Positions 12,298-23,892 of a DNA stretch of 64,000 nt are shown in pieces. A program made the translations under genes and the position numbers. The notes under the pieces were generated by a model. That model was not told the origin of the DNA and ran no database searches. It worked only from the letters and a program-made list of their open reading frames with translations. Within the stretch, counting starts at the first letter, position 1. Each line of letters begins with the position of its first letter. This stretch comes from Lama guanicoe (taxonomy: Eukaryota): the NCBI GenBank assembly GCA_013239625.1, contig MU054391.1, positions 7,783,095 through 7,847,094 of the forward strand, written 5' to 3'.

Positions 12298-13661
12298 TAC
12301 CTCGTGGTGATGTATAGACCACATATTGAAGTCCAAATAAATAAATTTAGAGGTTCTATGAAATCACTTATGTGATTACTGAAAAACATGATTGAGGCTC
12401 CTTGACTCCCCTTGAAACTCTCTTCAATAAATCTTTCAAAAAATATTCTCAAATGAAGGGGGGAAAGGAGGGAAATAGAGCTTAGGACACAAGGTCCTCT
12501 GGTTCTAGTCTTCACTTTGGCGACCAATTCATTGTTTGACCTTGAGTGAGTCATTTTTTCTCAGACTTGACCCCAGTCAAATAAGTTACATGGGGTTAAT
12601 AATTTCAAAAGCACACCTGTCTCTGAGTATCTAATGTTATGGGAAAGCAGATGGCAAAAGTCAAGTGAAAAAAGATTCAAGGTATCTTCTTAATGACCAA
12701 TTCTTAGAATGGGAAGAGTCGTTCGGCAGGGATGTTAGTAGCTGATCAGTACCCAGTGCCCCTCAATGTTCATTTTTCAATCAATAAATGGATTCGTGAA
12801 TCAGTTATCCATTCTTGCATTTTCCCATGGGTTTAATTTTTCAAGAAATTTTGCCTTCCTCTAGATGCTTTAGACACATTTCGTATGCCCTGGTATCTAC
12901 CAACATGGGCAGTGTAAATTGTTGGTATCAGGATAATATTAAAACAAGGCAAGAGAAGTTGTACAGTGGAAAACAGAATTAACAGTAGCTATTAGTGCGT
13001 GACATCTCAGGTCAGTCAAGGCAGAAGGGCCTGTGTCAGGAGGGTTTATTATGAATTGTGACTGAAGGAGAGTTGATCCTTTTTTTATCATCTTTAACTT
13101 ACAATCAAATCTTGTCTTCCTTTAAAGGCAAGGATGTTGTGAAGGTTGTTACTTTCTTCTTGGCAACTGTAAAGGAAAAGTGAATCCACATGGTTTAGGA
13201 GTTTAGTGGAAAAGTCTTTTGAAGGGTTGCATATCAACCATGATATCATGGTTGGAACTATTTCCTCGGTACTGTACACTGTAATTTCTCTCAGAAAATG
13301 CCAAGCTCTGATTATTTCTATAATGCCTCTCTTTCTGATCATCATTGCATGCACACCTCTCTCTGATCCTAGGTATTGATCATAATCTCTTTGATTCCTA
13401 TTAATTCAATTGAGCAACATTTGTGAATCAAGAACTTGATTCAAAACATTCAGCCAACATGTTCCAAATGCCAGTCTGTTCTGGGCACTGGAGGTATATT
13501 GATAAATAAGCACACAATCTCTTGCCCTTTGAGGGCTTCTCCCGCTAATAGGGAAGATGAGTGCGTAAAATCAAATCCCATTTCATATAATAAGTACTAT
13601 AATGAAATAGAGTTCATGGCACAGTGAACACTAAAAGAAGAGTCCCCCAATTCAGAGTCAG

Positions 13662-14045
13662 ACAGGTTTCAGTCAGCACAGATTGTTACATGATGGTAAC
13701 CAGCAACCCCTAAAATCTCAGACGTTTACAATAAACCTGAATTTCTTGTTCATTTCACATGATGATCACAGATCGATTTAGGATGGATTCCACAGCATCT
13801 CTGTTCTGGAATCCAGGCTGAAGAAGCAGCCCCCAACTAGAACATGTGGGTCTCCTGTCAGAAGACAAAGAAGATGTGTGGTAAAATGTCATGATGGGTT
13901 ACAAGTGCTATGTGTCACTTCCTGTTGCATTTCATTGGCCAAAGCCAGCCACATGGCCAAGGGCTGATTTGTTTAATGCTCCACACTGAGATGCACAGTA
14001 AGGAGTGGCCCTGAGTATTTTAAACAATAATAAAACCTACCACAG
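13662..14045 (-). mobile_element. Old MLT1 (ERVL-MaLR) LTR, MLT1J/K-like, within an L2
   Basis: aacccctaaaatctcag, atccaggctgaagaagcagcccc, catttcattggccaaagc...cacatggccaag, ending in ctaccaca. L2-like sequence flanks both sides. Confidence 0.7.
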
Positions 14046-14774
14046 GGGGAAATGCCTCTCATCTATTATGGATCGAGGATAAGGTAAGATGGAAGGTCAG
14101 GGAGAAACAATATTAAGGCAGAAAATAGATAATGAGGGACTTCATGGTACTGAGAAGCTTCGACTTGATCCTGTGAGCAATCATGCAATTGATAGGCTCT
14201 TGCCTGGGGGTGAGGGAAGAAGTGTAGTCAGAGTTCCCGTTTAAACACATCATCCTGTGTGTGCTGTGGAAAATGGTTTGTAAGCAGCACACTTCTGGCA
14301 GGGGCAGAGGAGCTGATGGAAATCTGAGCTCAGGCAGGGAAACGGGAATGAGGAGGACAAGAGGGTAAGGGGAGTTTGAAGAGGCAGGTGGCTTCACCTG
14401 CAGCTCACGTGGACTAGGCCCACGGGTGGAATGCACTTTTTAATTATTTTCCGTGAAATGACATGTTAACACTAGTGAAATGTCTGCTTTATTTGCAAAA
14501 TACAACAGAGGAGAGACGTACATACTTGGTGTCAGGCTCTGTGTGGCCCCAGAGATCTGCCAGAGTCTTTGACTGTTTCACGGAGGCTCTGGAAGTTGCA
14601 CTATTGACAAGTGATGAGAAACCACACCAGATGTGCTCTGTACAAGAACCACCAGAAGGGTGGCCCACTCATTTGCATAGCATGTCAAAATTCACTAACT
14701 GGAACCATGGAAGCTGGAGAGGCTTTGGAGGGAGAGAGACCTGAAATTCAGTCCCAGTATGACTACTTACAAAC

Positions 14775-14961
14775 CAGTAGACTTTGGTCAGTGAGATCCA
14801 TTTACATAATGGAAAGCAATCTGCTTTACTCCAAATTCAACCAATTAAATGTTAATCTTATCCAAAAAAAAAAACTTTCACAGAAACATCCAGAATAATG
14901 TTTAATCAAGTATCTGGGCACCGTGGTCCAGCCAATTTGACAGATAAAATTAACCTTCATA
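14775..14961 (-). mobile_element. MLT2 (ERVL) LTR fragment
   Basis: gcaatctgctttactc...aatgttaatcttatccaaaa...cacagaaacatccagaataatgttt...ataaaattaacc. Confidence 0.85.
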
Positions 14962-16129
14962 GAAGGAAAACAAGAAAGAGAGAAAGAAAGGAAAACTTTA
15001 AAAACATGATGCTCCGGACCTGGTAGTAGCTCATTAAATTATAGTTTATTTTATTATGATTGTTATTATATTATTTTCATAATCCATCCTTATTTCACAG
15101 AGGATGAGACTGAGATTTTGAAATGTTAAATCTTCTAAAGACATGCAGTCTCTGTCTTTCCTCTGCGTCCTCCTCTTGAGGTCACTCAGTCAATCAATTG
15201 TCAGATGTTCTTTGTCATCTATCAGGCTGTGGCTCATTCTGAGATGGGAGGAGTACTTAGGTTTTGTATGTAACTGACTCAATTCCCCAGTCAGCAAGAC
15301 TGATCAAAATGATCAATTGAGAATACAATTGAATTAATTTGTAAATAACAGAAACAAACACTGACCTAATTTACGGTGTTGAGTCAGACTCTGGAGCTCC
15401 CAGCTCCGCTTAAGGGGCTGCCAACATTGCCTTCGGGCTTTGTTTCACATGGACATCAATTCATCTGCTGATTTAACAGGACATAGTGAACATATGCTAT
15501 AAGCCTAGCACAGGGCTTGGCTGTGAAGGGACCCAGAGAAGCAGAGAACACAACGGGAATGAATTCTTAGATTCCTGGCCTCTTATTCACATGTATGACT
15601 TAATTTTGTCCTCATTTCATTTTCAGCTAGATTCAACTTTGGGAGATGCTCATCTTTCCTGGCTTTGTTTGTGTTTTGTTTTGTTTGCTTGTTCTAACTC
15701 ATGAGTAGGGTAGGATGCTGCAGTCCTGCCTCCTGATTACCCAGATGAAAAGCAGAAATTTCGGTGTAGAAGAGTTAAATGGCTGTGCTGGACAAGCAGT
15801 GTGGAGAGGGAGGTGCGGGTGGGTAGGACTACCAAGGATCTGGGAAAGTGTTGAGCAGGGCGTGTGCAGCAATATGCAGATCCGCAAAGACAGGATAATA
15901 AGAAAGAGCCCCTCTGGAGGGCCAGAGAGTCCCACAGACAAACCCAATTCACACCGCCCATGGGGAGCAAAGCCAGCGCAGAAGGTTTGCAGACACCGAC
16001 GTGATGCGCTCCCTCGGCTTACATCCTAGCATCCTTCCCCACCAGAGGCAGCCCTGCCCCGCAGCTGTACCCTGTGGAGAGTGGGGCAGTACTGCTGCTA
16101 GAGAATAAACTCTGAGTCAGAAAAGAAAA

Positions 16130-16310
16130 AAACACCCCTTGGCTCCCAGCCCCCGCTGTGCACTTGCCGTGCGCTCTTAGGGAAGCGACCTGCTCATCCT
16201 CTAAAATGGGGATGAGCATCTGGCTTTGCGATGCTTGCCCCAAGGAATGATGACGGGATTGTAGATAGTAAGGTGCTCAGCCCAGGGCCCAGCTCACCCT
16301 AGGTTCTCCA
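16130..16310 (+). mobile_element. MIR SINE relic
   Basis: tgctcatcctctaaaatggggatg...gtaaggtgctcagcccagggccc resembles the MIR core and 3' part. Confidence 0.6.
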
Positions 16311-17279
16311 GATCGGGTGCTTACGCCCGGTACTTTCTCACCCTAGTCACGTCCAGCACTCTTAGGGAGCTGTGGAAATGAAATTTCTGCTTTGCCAAGA
16401 ATTCAGCTGTTATTACCTTTCTCTCTGGAGGAAGCCATCCTCCTTTGATCTGAGGTTGACAAAGAGGCCACTCTGAGAAGGGCTAACTACAGAGCACATC
16501 CGGTGAGCGCCCCTTTCTCACCCACACAGTTCTTGGGGCTGCGATGTGACGTGCAGCCACCTTGCCGCGTGGCCCCAGACCTGAGGCACCGGTTGGCAAT
16601 GGCTGCCCACAGCGACCGCCGACCGGGGGGGGTGGGGGGCTGTGAGGGTGGGAGTTACTTGTTGTGCTCGTGTTTGGTTTGGTTCATAATTCTTTTTGCC
16701 TTTATGTGTATCTGTGTGAGGGAGGGTGAGGTTGAAGGTGGGGGTAGTCACGTGGGAGCAGCTGGAGGGGCACATCCTGTCTGTGCTCATTGTAATACAG
16801 AAATCCTTAAAAACTAAAATGTCCTGCTGGGAAACGGCTGGTGGCCATTTATTTCCAAATATGGATGCACGTAGTGAAGACCCCTGTTTCATCTCATTCC
16901 AAGTCATACTACTCCTTCTCGGGGAATAGTTCCAGAATTCTCTGAGCCTTCGGGAAGGTGAACATGGAGAGAAGCAAAGTTGAAACAAGAATGATAGAAG
17001 GGGCTGTGGGGTCAGCCAGGAACTTCCCCCACAGGGAGACAAAAATAAGGAGAGTAAAAACGGGTCCACGGGTGCCTGCAACGGGAGTTGGGGTGCTGTG
17101 GGGTTTATATTCTCTACATAAAGGGGGTCAACAATGAGGCTCTCTCTGCCGCCAGACATCATTCCTCAAAGCTTGCTGGGATTTATCAGGAGCGTCTCTC
17201 AGTGGTACATCAGGTCACCAGCCTGTCAGGTCTCAGGGCTCAGAACTTTCATCCGACGGGTGGGAATAGCTCTTCTCCT

Positions 17280-17327
17280 GCCGAGTTGCTGAGTTGCTGA
17301 GTTGCCGAGTTGCCGAGTTGCCGGGTT
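17280..17327. repeat. Octanucleotide tandem repeat (GCYGAGTT)6
   Basis: Six 8-bp units: gccgagtt gctgagtt gctgagtt gccgagtt gccgagtt gccgggtt. Confidence 0.95.
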
Positions 17328-18349
17328 GCGGTAGGATTCACTGCAATGAGGTCCCAGCCCAGTGCCTGGCTGCTTGGCTTCTGTTTGTTTGTTTGTTTTT
17401 GTCTTGCTTTGTTTTTTAGGTTTTTGTACCCTGAAAAAAAACAATTGCACCTTCTTTTCCCCTCAGCAATGCACCCTATTTATTTATTTTTTCTTTTTAC
17501 TGCCCGGCTTTTTATGCAACTCAACAAATGCAAATGTTATCCCTTTAAGGGACTGTAATGGAGCAGTCTCAATGAGCCAAGAGTCAGAGCAATTTCCAGC
17601 CCACCTTTCTTGCCCACCCTGCACAAGGGGCTGGGATCTCTTCCTTTCCAGACTTTGCCACATCCTGTCTCCATAAGGATGCAGATGAATCCTTGCACCT
17701 TCTGAGATGCCCTTTTCTGGTTTATCAGTAGAGCTCATGGAGCCCACCCCTGCAGGCAGCAGCTTCCTGACAATGGGCGAGCTGACACACAGACCTCGCT
17801 GCCTGGTCCCCTTGTCAGGACCCAGCCTTCCTAACAGCAAAGCATAACATCACAAGGAAGATGGTTTGGGATTCCATGATTACGGGGAGAGTGTCTTGTG
17901 AATGTTACTGCTCTTCAACCTAAATAAAATGCCATGTGAAGGAAAAAGCTGGGTTCATATAGGAGAAAAAGGGCCACAGCCACTTTTTTTTTTGTTGGGG
18001 GGGGATTTCCTGATAGCAGGGGAAGCAAAGAGGGGAAATTTGAGACGACACAGAGAGAGGGAAGGTGAAAAATATTTCTGCCTGCAAGTTTCCATTTTCT
18101 CCGGGACCCTAAAGAACTTTATCTGACCCCACTTTCTTTGGCTTTATTATTTTTAATAACAGTCTTTTCTTTCTTAACCACCAATTAATGTGGGTTTTTT
18201 TAAATTAGAAAGTAAAGTAAAAAGAAGACACTAGAAACATGTCTCCATCTGGATATACTTCTGAGCATATGTGTATCTTCCAGCCTGTATCTCAGCAGTA
18301 TTTCCCCAAACATTAATATCATTCGTCAATAGCTTTGTCAAGTCCTAAA

Positions 18350-19110
18350 TGTCCACCATAGTTTAACATTTTTTTCATTGTGTATGGAATCTTTGACTTT
18401 TCTTTGAAATTTATTCTAATATCTCTAGTGTGTTCCTTGTTGTCAATGTGATATTTTTCTCTCCCCTCCCTGGCTTATTCAGTTTGGATTTTTAAACTTT
18501 TAGGATGTGCAAAATTTTAAATTTGTATCTGTTCAAATCTACAATTACTTTTCTTTGTGATTTTTTTCATCGTGATTAGAAGCTTTCCTCCAGCCCAATA
18601 ACACCTAGTCAATTAAGTTGTAAATGTGGATTGGGTTTAATTATTAAATTCAACAGGGACGTATTTTAGCATATGACGTGAGGTAAAAGTTGATTATTAA
18701 AAAAAAATTCTTAGCCAAATGTGTAAGCATATTGTATTGGACAACTCAGTCTTTTTTTGGTTTATTATATATCCCTGATTACATGCTAGATTTTTCCACA
18801 CAATAGGGGTAATTTGACTGCTGTATATTTTATGCCATACCTTTTATTGCCAATTTTGTGCTGTTACCATGCTCTTAATTTGGTAGCTAGATAAAGCATT
18901 ATTGCATACGATGAGTCCTATCTTTTGCTCTTGTTTTCCAATGTCTCATCTGCTCCTATTTGTTTATTTTTCAAGATGCAATTTAGATACATTTTGTCTT
19001 TTAAAAACTCTAGAATTTTAATGTAAATTGTGTTCAGTCTGTAAATTAATCTAGAAAAGACTGATTTTTTTTTTTTGTAGCTCTTATCACTGATTATCGT
19101 ATTGTGAGTC
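18350..19110 (-). mobile_element. Ancient L1 ORF2 relic
   Basis: The minus ORF 18918-19145 contains SRLIYRLNTIYIKI...LNCILKNKQ, resembling L1 ORF2 LPKLIYRFNAIPIKI...LKFIW. The plus strand is T-rich. Confidence 0.7.
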
Positions 19111-20564
19111 TCAATCTCATCTCTCATTCTCTGGGCAGCATCCATCCCTGGGATTTTTCCCCAAATCAGGGCTCAGTATCTAATCGGATGCCTTGCATGC
19201 AGTAAGTGTTCATTACATGTGAGATAACACAGGGCTCCAGGAATAAGAAACTTTTTGGCAATAGTTCTACTAGAAATGTGTTTCTAGAATTATCTAACCC
19301 CCTAACCCATGACAATAAAGTGTATGTATTTTTTTCAGTGTGAGTTGATTAATTATATTTATCTTGAGGAAAAATATATGAATGTATCATAAGTTCTGAG
19401 AAAATTACCGCTTTCTGTAAACACCTCCCTTTCTCTGTCCCAGAACATCTGTCCAAACAGTGCATAGCACATTGCGTCCATAGAACATTTCACTGAGGCT
19501 CTGTATTTTATATTTATGAGTGGACTAATGCTGATTATGTAAATAATTTTGGAGTGAAATGATATATTGTATTTATCTGAGCCCAATAGCTCAGAAACTG
19601 ACGTGAGGATTCTTACACAGCATGCTAAGTGCCAATGAGGTTTAGCAATGCAGGTTACCAAGCAAATAGCATCGTCTTGACCAAGACCAGGAGGCTGCAT
19701 CCATCTTCCCTGGGCCTTGGGTCCTCCATGGGGAAATGTGGAGACTGGGTCCCAAGATCACTGAGGTACCTCAGGGCCTTTATTTCCCTGGAGCTGCATC
19801 CTCACTTGTGAAATGAAGTTCATCTCTCTGGAGACCTTCCAACACTGGCATTGATGGGATTATATCTAAAACTGGAGCCCTCAGGGGACCTCCCATCCAT
19901 TTCTCTGGTAGTGGTTGAGTAGAGACAAAGAGCCGCCGAGTCTGCTAAACCCAATATCACAACCACCCACAAAAGTCATGCCACATCTGAGGGCCACCCA
20001 AACCAACCCAGAACAATCTGAAATCACTTTTTTCATGAAGCTCTGATGGCACTCCTGGACTGACATCACAGTCTCCTTGTTGAGAGAAAAGCAGATCCCC
20101 AAAGCCAGATGTCTTATGATTGTCAGGAAGTGGAGACGGCCAAGCACCTGGCTGTGCACAGACGTCCTCCCAAATCTCTTGCTCTCCGGGAAGCCTGGCC
20201 TCTGCTTCCAGCTCCTGTGAACTGACCTCTCCTGACACCGCCTTTCAGAATTGTGCCTGCTTCACTCATTCAAGCCTGTGACAGCAGGTTCTCACTATCC
20301 TCCTATGATCCCCTCTCTCCCTTTGGTCCAATCCCCAATTACATGGCAAGCACACAAAGGGAGAGCCCCATCAAATGATGCTCTGTGATGTCCATGTGCC
20401 CTGAAGAGTGTCTTCACACAGTAGACTATGAAAAATACATGTCAAACTGGGGGAAATGCTTTATAGTTTAATATTCAATGTCTATATTTTCTCCAGGTAG
20501 CTAGGAAAGGAAAAGATTCAGTCCAGAAAAGCAGGAGAATGGGGAGATGGAAAGACCACGGGGT

Positions 20565-20760
20565 GGGGTCAGGTAGATGTGGCTGTGAATTTTGACCTCA
20601 CTAACCAACTGTGGTGAATCACCTCACCTCTCTGAAAGCCTATTTCCTCTTCAAGACAGAAGGCCGATGGCAGTGCCCCCCTCGGGGGTGGCTGTGTGTC
20701 AGCTTTTTAGTACAGTAAAGGTTCCAGCAGTGGGGTCAGGCACTGAGGGGCTCAAGGACA
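20565..20760 (+). mobile_element. MIR SINE relic
   Basis: cactaaccaactgtggtgaatcacctcacctctctgaaagcctatttcctc core. Confidence 0.6.
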
Positions 20761-21850
20761 CTGCCTGTCCTTCCTCCCTTTCACGCCAAGTGCTCAAGGA
20801 GGACGTTTTGTTGCGGATGCATTCTCAGGATAAGCTCAGCCTGATGCCAGGCATTTGTAAAATCCCCCACAAAGGGAGGCCCCTATGGGGTGTAGCCTGC
20901 TTTACCCACCCCTCCATCACCAGGAGGTTGATAACAAACCCATTGGAATGTGCAAATTATGGGGATGCCCTTCTGAATTTGATCCATGCCTATGAACGAG
21001 GCACTGACTCTTTGACCCGGGAGTGGGCTAGCCCACTGGGATTTCAGTTCTCCTGAAGATGCTGAGATATCCTGGTTAGCCCTCTGCTCCTACACCCGCC
21101 ATGGCCACCTTTTGCTTCAGGGACTCTGTGGTATTTCCTTCTGTCTAAGGTACCTGAATCCACATGGGTGAAGGGGACATACATTTGCCACTGCCTCTCT
21201 CTCTCTGCGCCCACTTTCTGCTTCAAGCACACACTGAGCACATACTGTGTGCAGACACCATGCTCAGCAACTGTCAAAACCAAGAGGAACTATGCCCAGC
21301 CCTGCCCTCGAAGCTGACTGGCTGTTGAGATGGAAACAAGGATTTGAAATAAATTGTGAGGAAGAGTCACAATTCGAAGTGATGGGAGGCTCAGGTTCTT
21401 TGGGAGCAAATGTTGGAGTAATTACCTAGACCTGCACATTTTTTGAAAAGATACGAGGGATTTACCAGAAAGCAGGGGCAGAAGGAGAAGGTCATGTCAG
21501 GCAGAGCACGTGATACATATAAATGCATAGAAAACTTTCCCATCAAGAGGCAGTTATGGTTAAACCATGTCGAAAAGGGTTTTCATTCTCAGACAAGGAT
21601 CGAGTTACCTTTGCAATGATCAAATACCTGTGCATAGTATCTATTAAATTATCATCATCCTTATATGCATTGAATTGAATCTTACACTTTATTCATAACA
21701 CTTCAGAATATGTTATATTGGGGGGGGAGGAGAACATGGGCTAGGAATTATTTCCACCCTTTACCACTCAGGCGATCACAGTCGTTTACCTCTCCGACCC
21801 CATCATTTATGGCTCAGCTGCATTGGTCCGAGTCCTCCCTTCAGGGCTAC

Positions 21851-22148
21851 TGTCAGGGTCACAGGTGGTGTATAGTTAGAGCTCAGTTCGTGGCACACGT
21901 TGCAGGCAGCCCCACCCCTTCATATACTGGGTGGACACACAGCATGAGCAGGACGAAGCGTCAACACCGAACTCAGAGACATCAGGTTATGGTTGAAAGT
22001 TCTCCATCCAGATGCTGCCGGAGCATCGCTCCTTACTACAGAGCAGTCGATCCCGCCGCCTCCCAGGGCAGCAGTATTTTCCCAAGGAGATTAACTTTTT
22101 GATCGATTTCACACTCCTACCTGGTACATAACCCCCCTGGCTATGACA
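21851..22148 (-). mobile_element. Possible short solo LTR
   Basis: CpG-richer block of about 300 bp bounded by TGTCA...TGACA inverted termini; no clean TSD. Confidence 0.4.
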
Positions 22149-23714
22149 GCTTGCAGGCTCTTCTAAAGACATTCAATCCTGCCATCGAATGAAACTGTAT
22201 CATTTGTATCCGAAGGTGAAATAAGCACTACTTTGGGAGGTGAGAAAAATGGAGCCCCCAGAATAAAGCTATAATCAGTATGAACTGTAGCCTTTAATTG
22301 TCTGGGCAGGTGAGAGGTTTTCTTTAAAGTGAAACAGCAGACACTCACGATCATCCATCCCAGCAAACCCTTGCAAGCAAGAAGACAACTACGTGTTTAT
22401 TATTTATCACCACGAACACCAGGGCACGGGGTTGATACTGCTTTTCTTCTTCCTTACATTATGCTTGCTGACTGATATTTTTAAAACTGTCACAGTCTTT
22501 CCTGGGTGTAGGAGACACTGAGGTCTTTAGAGCATTAGAAGTGCCGCGGAGGGAAGAAGGCTTTCCCAGCAGAGACCGGTTCACTCTCCTTGTGGGTTTC
22601 TGACTCGGACAACAGACTATAACAAAGGTAGGTTAGAAAGGACCAACAGTTTTGACTTTGATGATGTGGATTACTGTTGATTGGTCGTATTTGTTTTTTC
22701 TAAGTTGAGTTGCTTGCATCTCCTCCGTATTATCTGTATTGTGAGCTCCGGAAGGGCAGGGGCTGTGCCTTACTTTTATTTCTCAGCACCTAACATAGAC
22801 CTATCATATTGCAGCCCTCAGTAAACATTGGATTTCTTTACGTTAAGTATATGTATTTATTAAAATCACACTCACTGTGTGTCAGGCACTCTCCTAGGAG
22901 CTGCTTCAAGTTTCCTGCCCTGCCCCCTCCCCAAATCAATATTTAAGAAGGTGAAACAAAAATGCTTCGGTGTTTGCACGTGCACGTCAGAGAAAGAAGG
23001 ACCCAAAGACTGCCAGGTGGGTGGGGCAGGCTTCCCAGAGGGAAAGCTTGACTTCGTCATTGAACACTGTCTTGAATTTGCCACCTAGGCTAATGAGGAA
23101 AAGACACATGTCCTAGTATGTCTTTAATGGCAAATAAGTGGAAAATTACATGAGTGGTGTTTCTGCCAACATAATTCTGTCAAACTGAAGCATGTTACAA
23201 CCCAGAAGATTCCTTACACATTGGGATGCAGTGTGACTGGAAATCATTCTGATGCTAACAAAAGATGGTTTAGTTGAGCACATCGGTGAGGCAGGGGTGG
23301 CCCCAAGAGCCACACTGGAGAAGAGGAAAGTTCAGGAAGCTTGCAGTTGCGTGGTGAGGTCAGTCCCACCAGCTCCCCCACGAGACCAGCTCGGCACAGC
23401 TGGGTTCAGGGCAGGCGTGTGACTGTAAACTGCTCAGTCTGGCTGAGCATCAGCTGGACGAGGACCCTGCGAGGGAGTTGGCCGAGCCGGAGGTTTGTGA
23501 GGGGCTGGCTTATGTGAGATGAGAGAGGAAGGCAGCTGGGCTGGACCCGCAAAGCTTTAGACCGCGATGCAGCTCTGACACCTGCGAAGGGACGGGTGGA
23601 GGGCAGCAAGGCTCGGCCATTGATTTGGGTGGGGGTGCCAGGAAAGAGCACAGCCCTGACTTGAGAGGTAAGGCAGCTCCTGAAATACCTGGCAGCTGAG
23701 CAACAAGTGCCTTG

Positions 23715-23892
23715 ATTTTTTTGTTTGTTTTGTCTTTGTTTTTGTATTTGTTTTAGTTGAAGTATAGTTGGTTTACAACTTTGTGTTAGTTTCAGCATAG
23801 TGATTCAGTTACACATACATATTCCTTTTCATACTGTTTTTCATTATATACAAGATACTGAATGTAGCTCCCTGGGCTGTACAGTGGGACCC
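23715..23892 (-). mobile_element. L1 3' end fragment (cetartiodactyl-type)
   Basis: T-rich tail, then ttgaagtatagttggtttacaa...gtgattcagtta...caagatactgaatgtagctccctgggctgtacagtgggacct. Confidence 0.85.

Noticed and set aside
16518..17162. Longest ORF (214 aa, minus strand)
   Set aside because: No recognisable domain, low-complexity P/S/L composition and no exon context; compatible with a chance ORF in GC-richer DNA.
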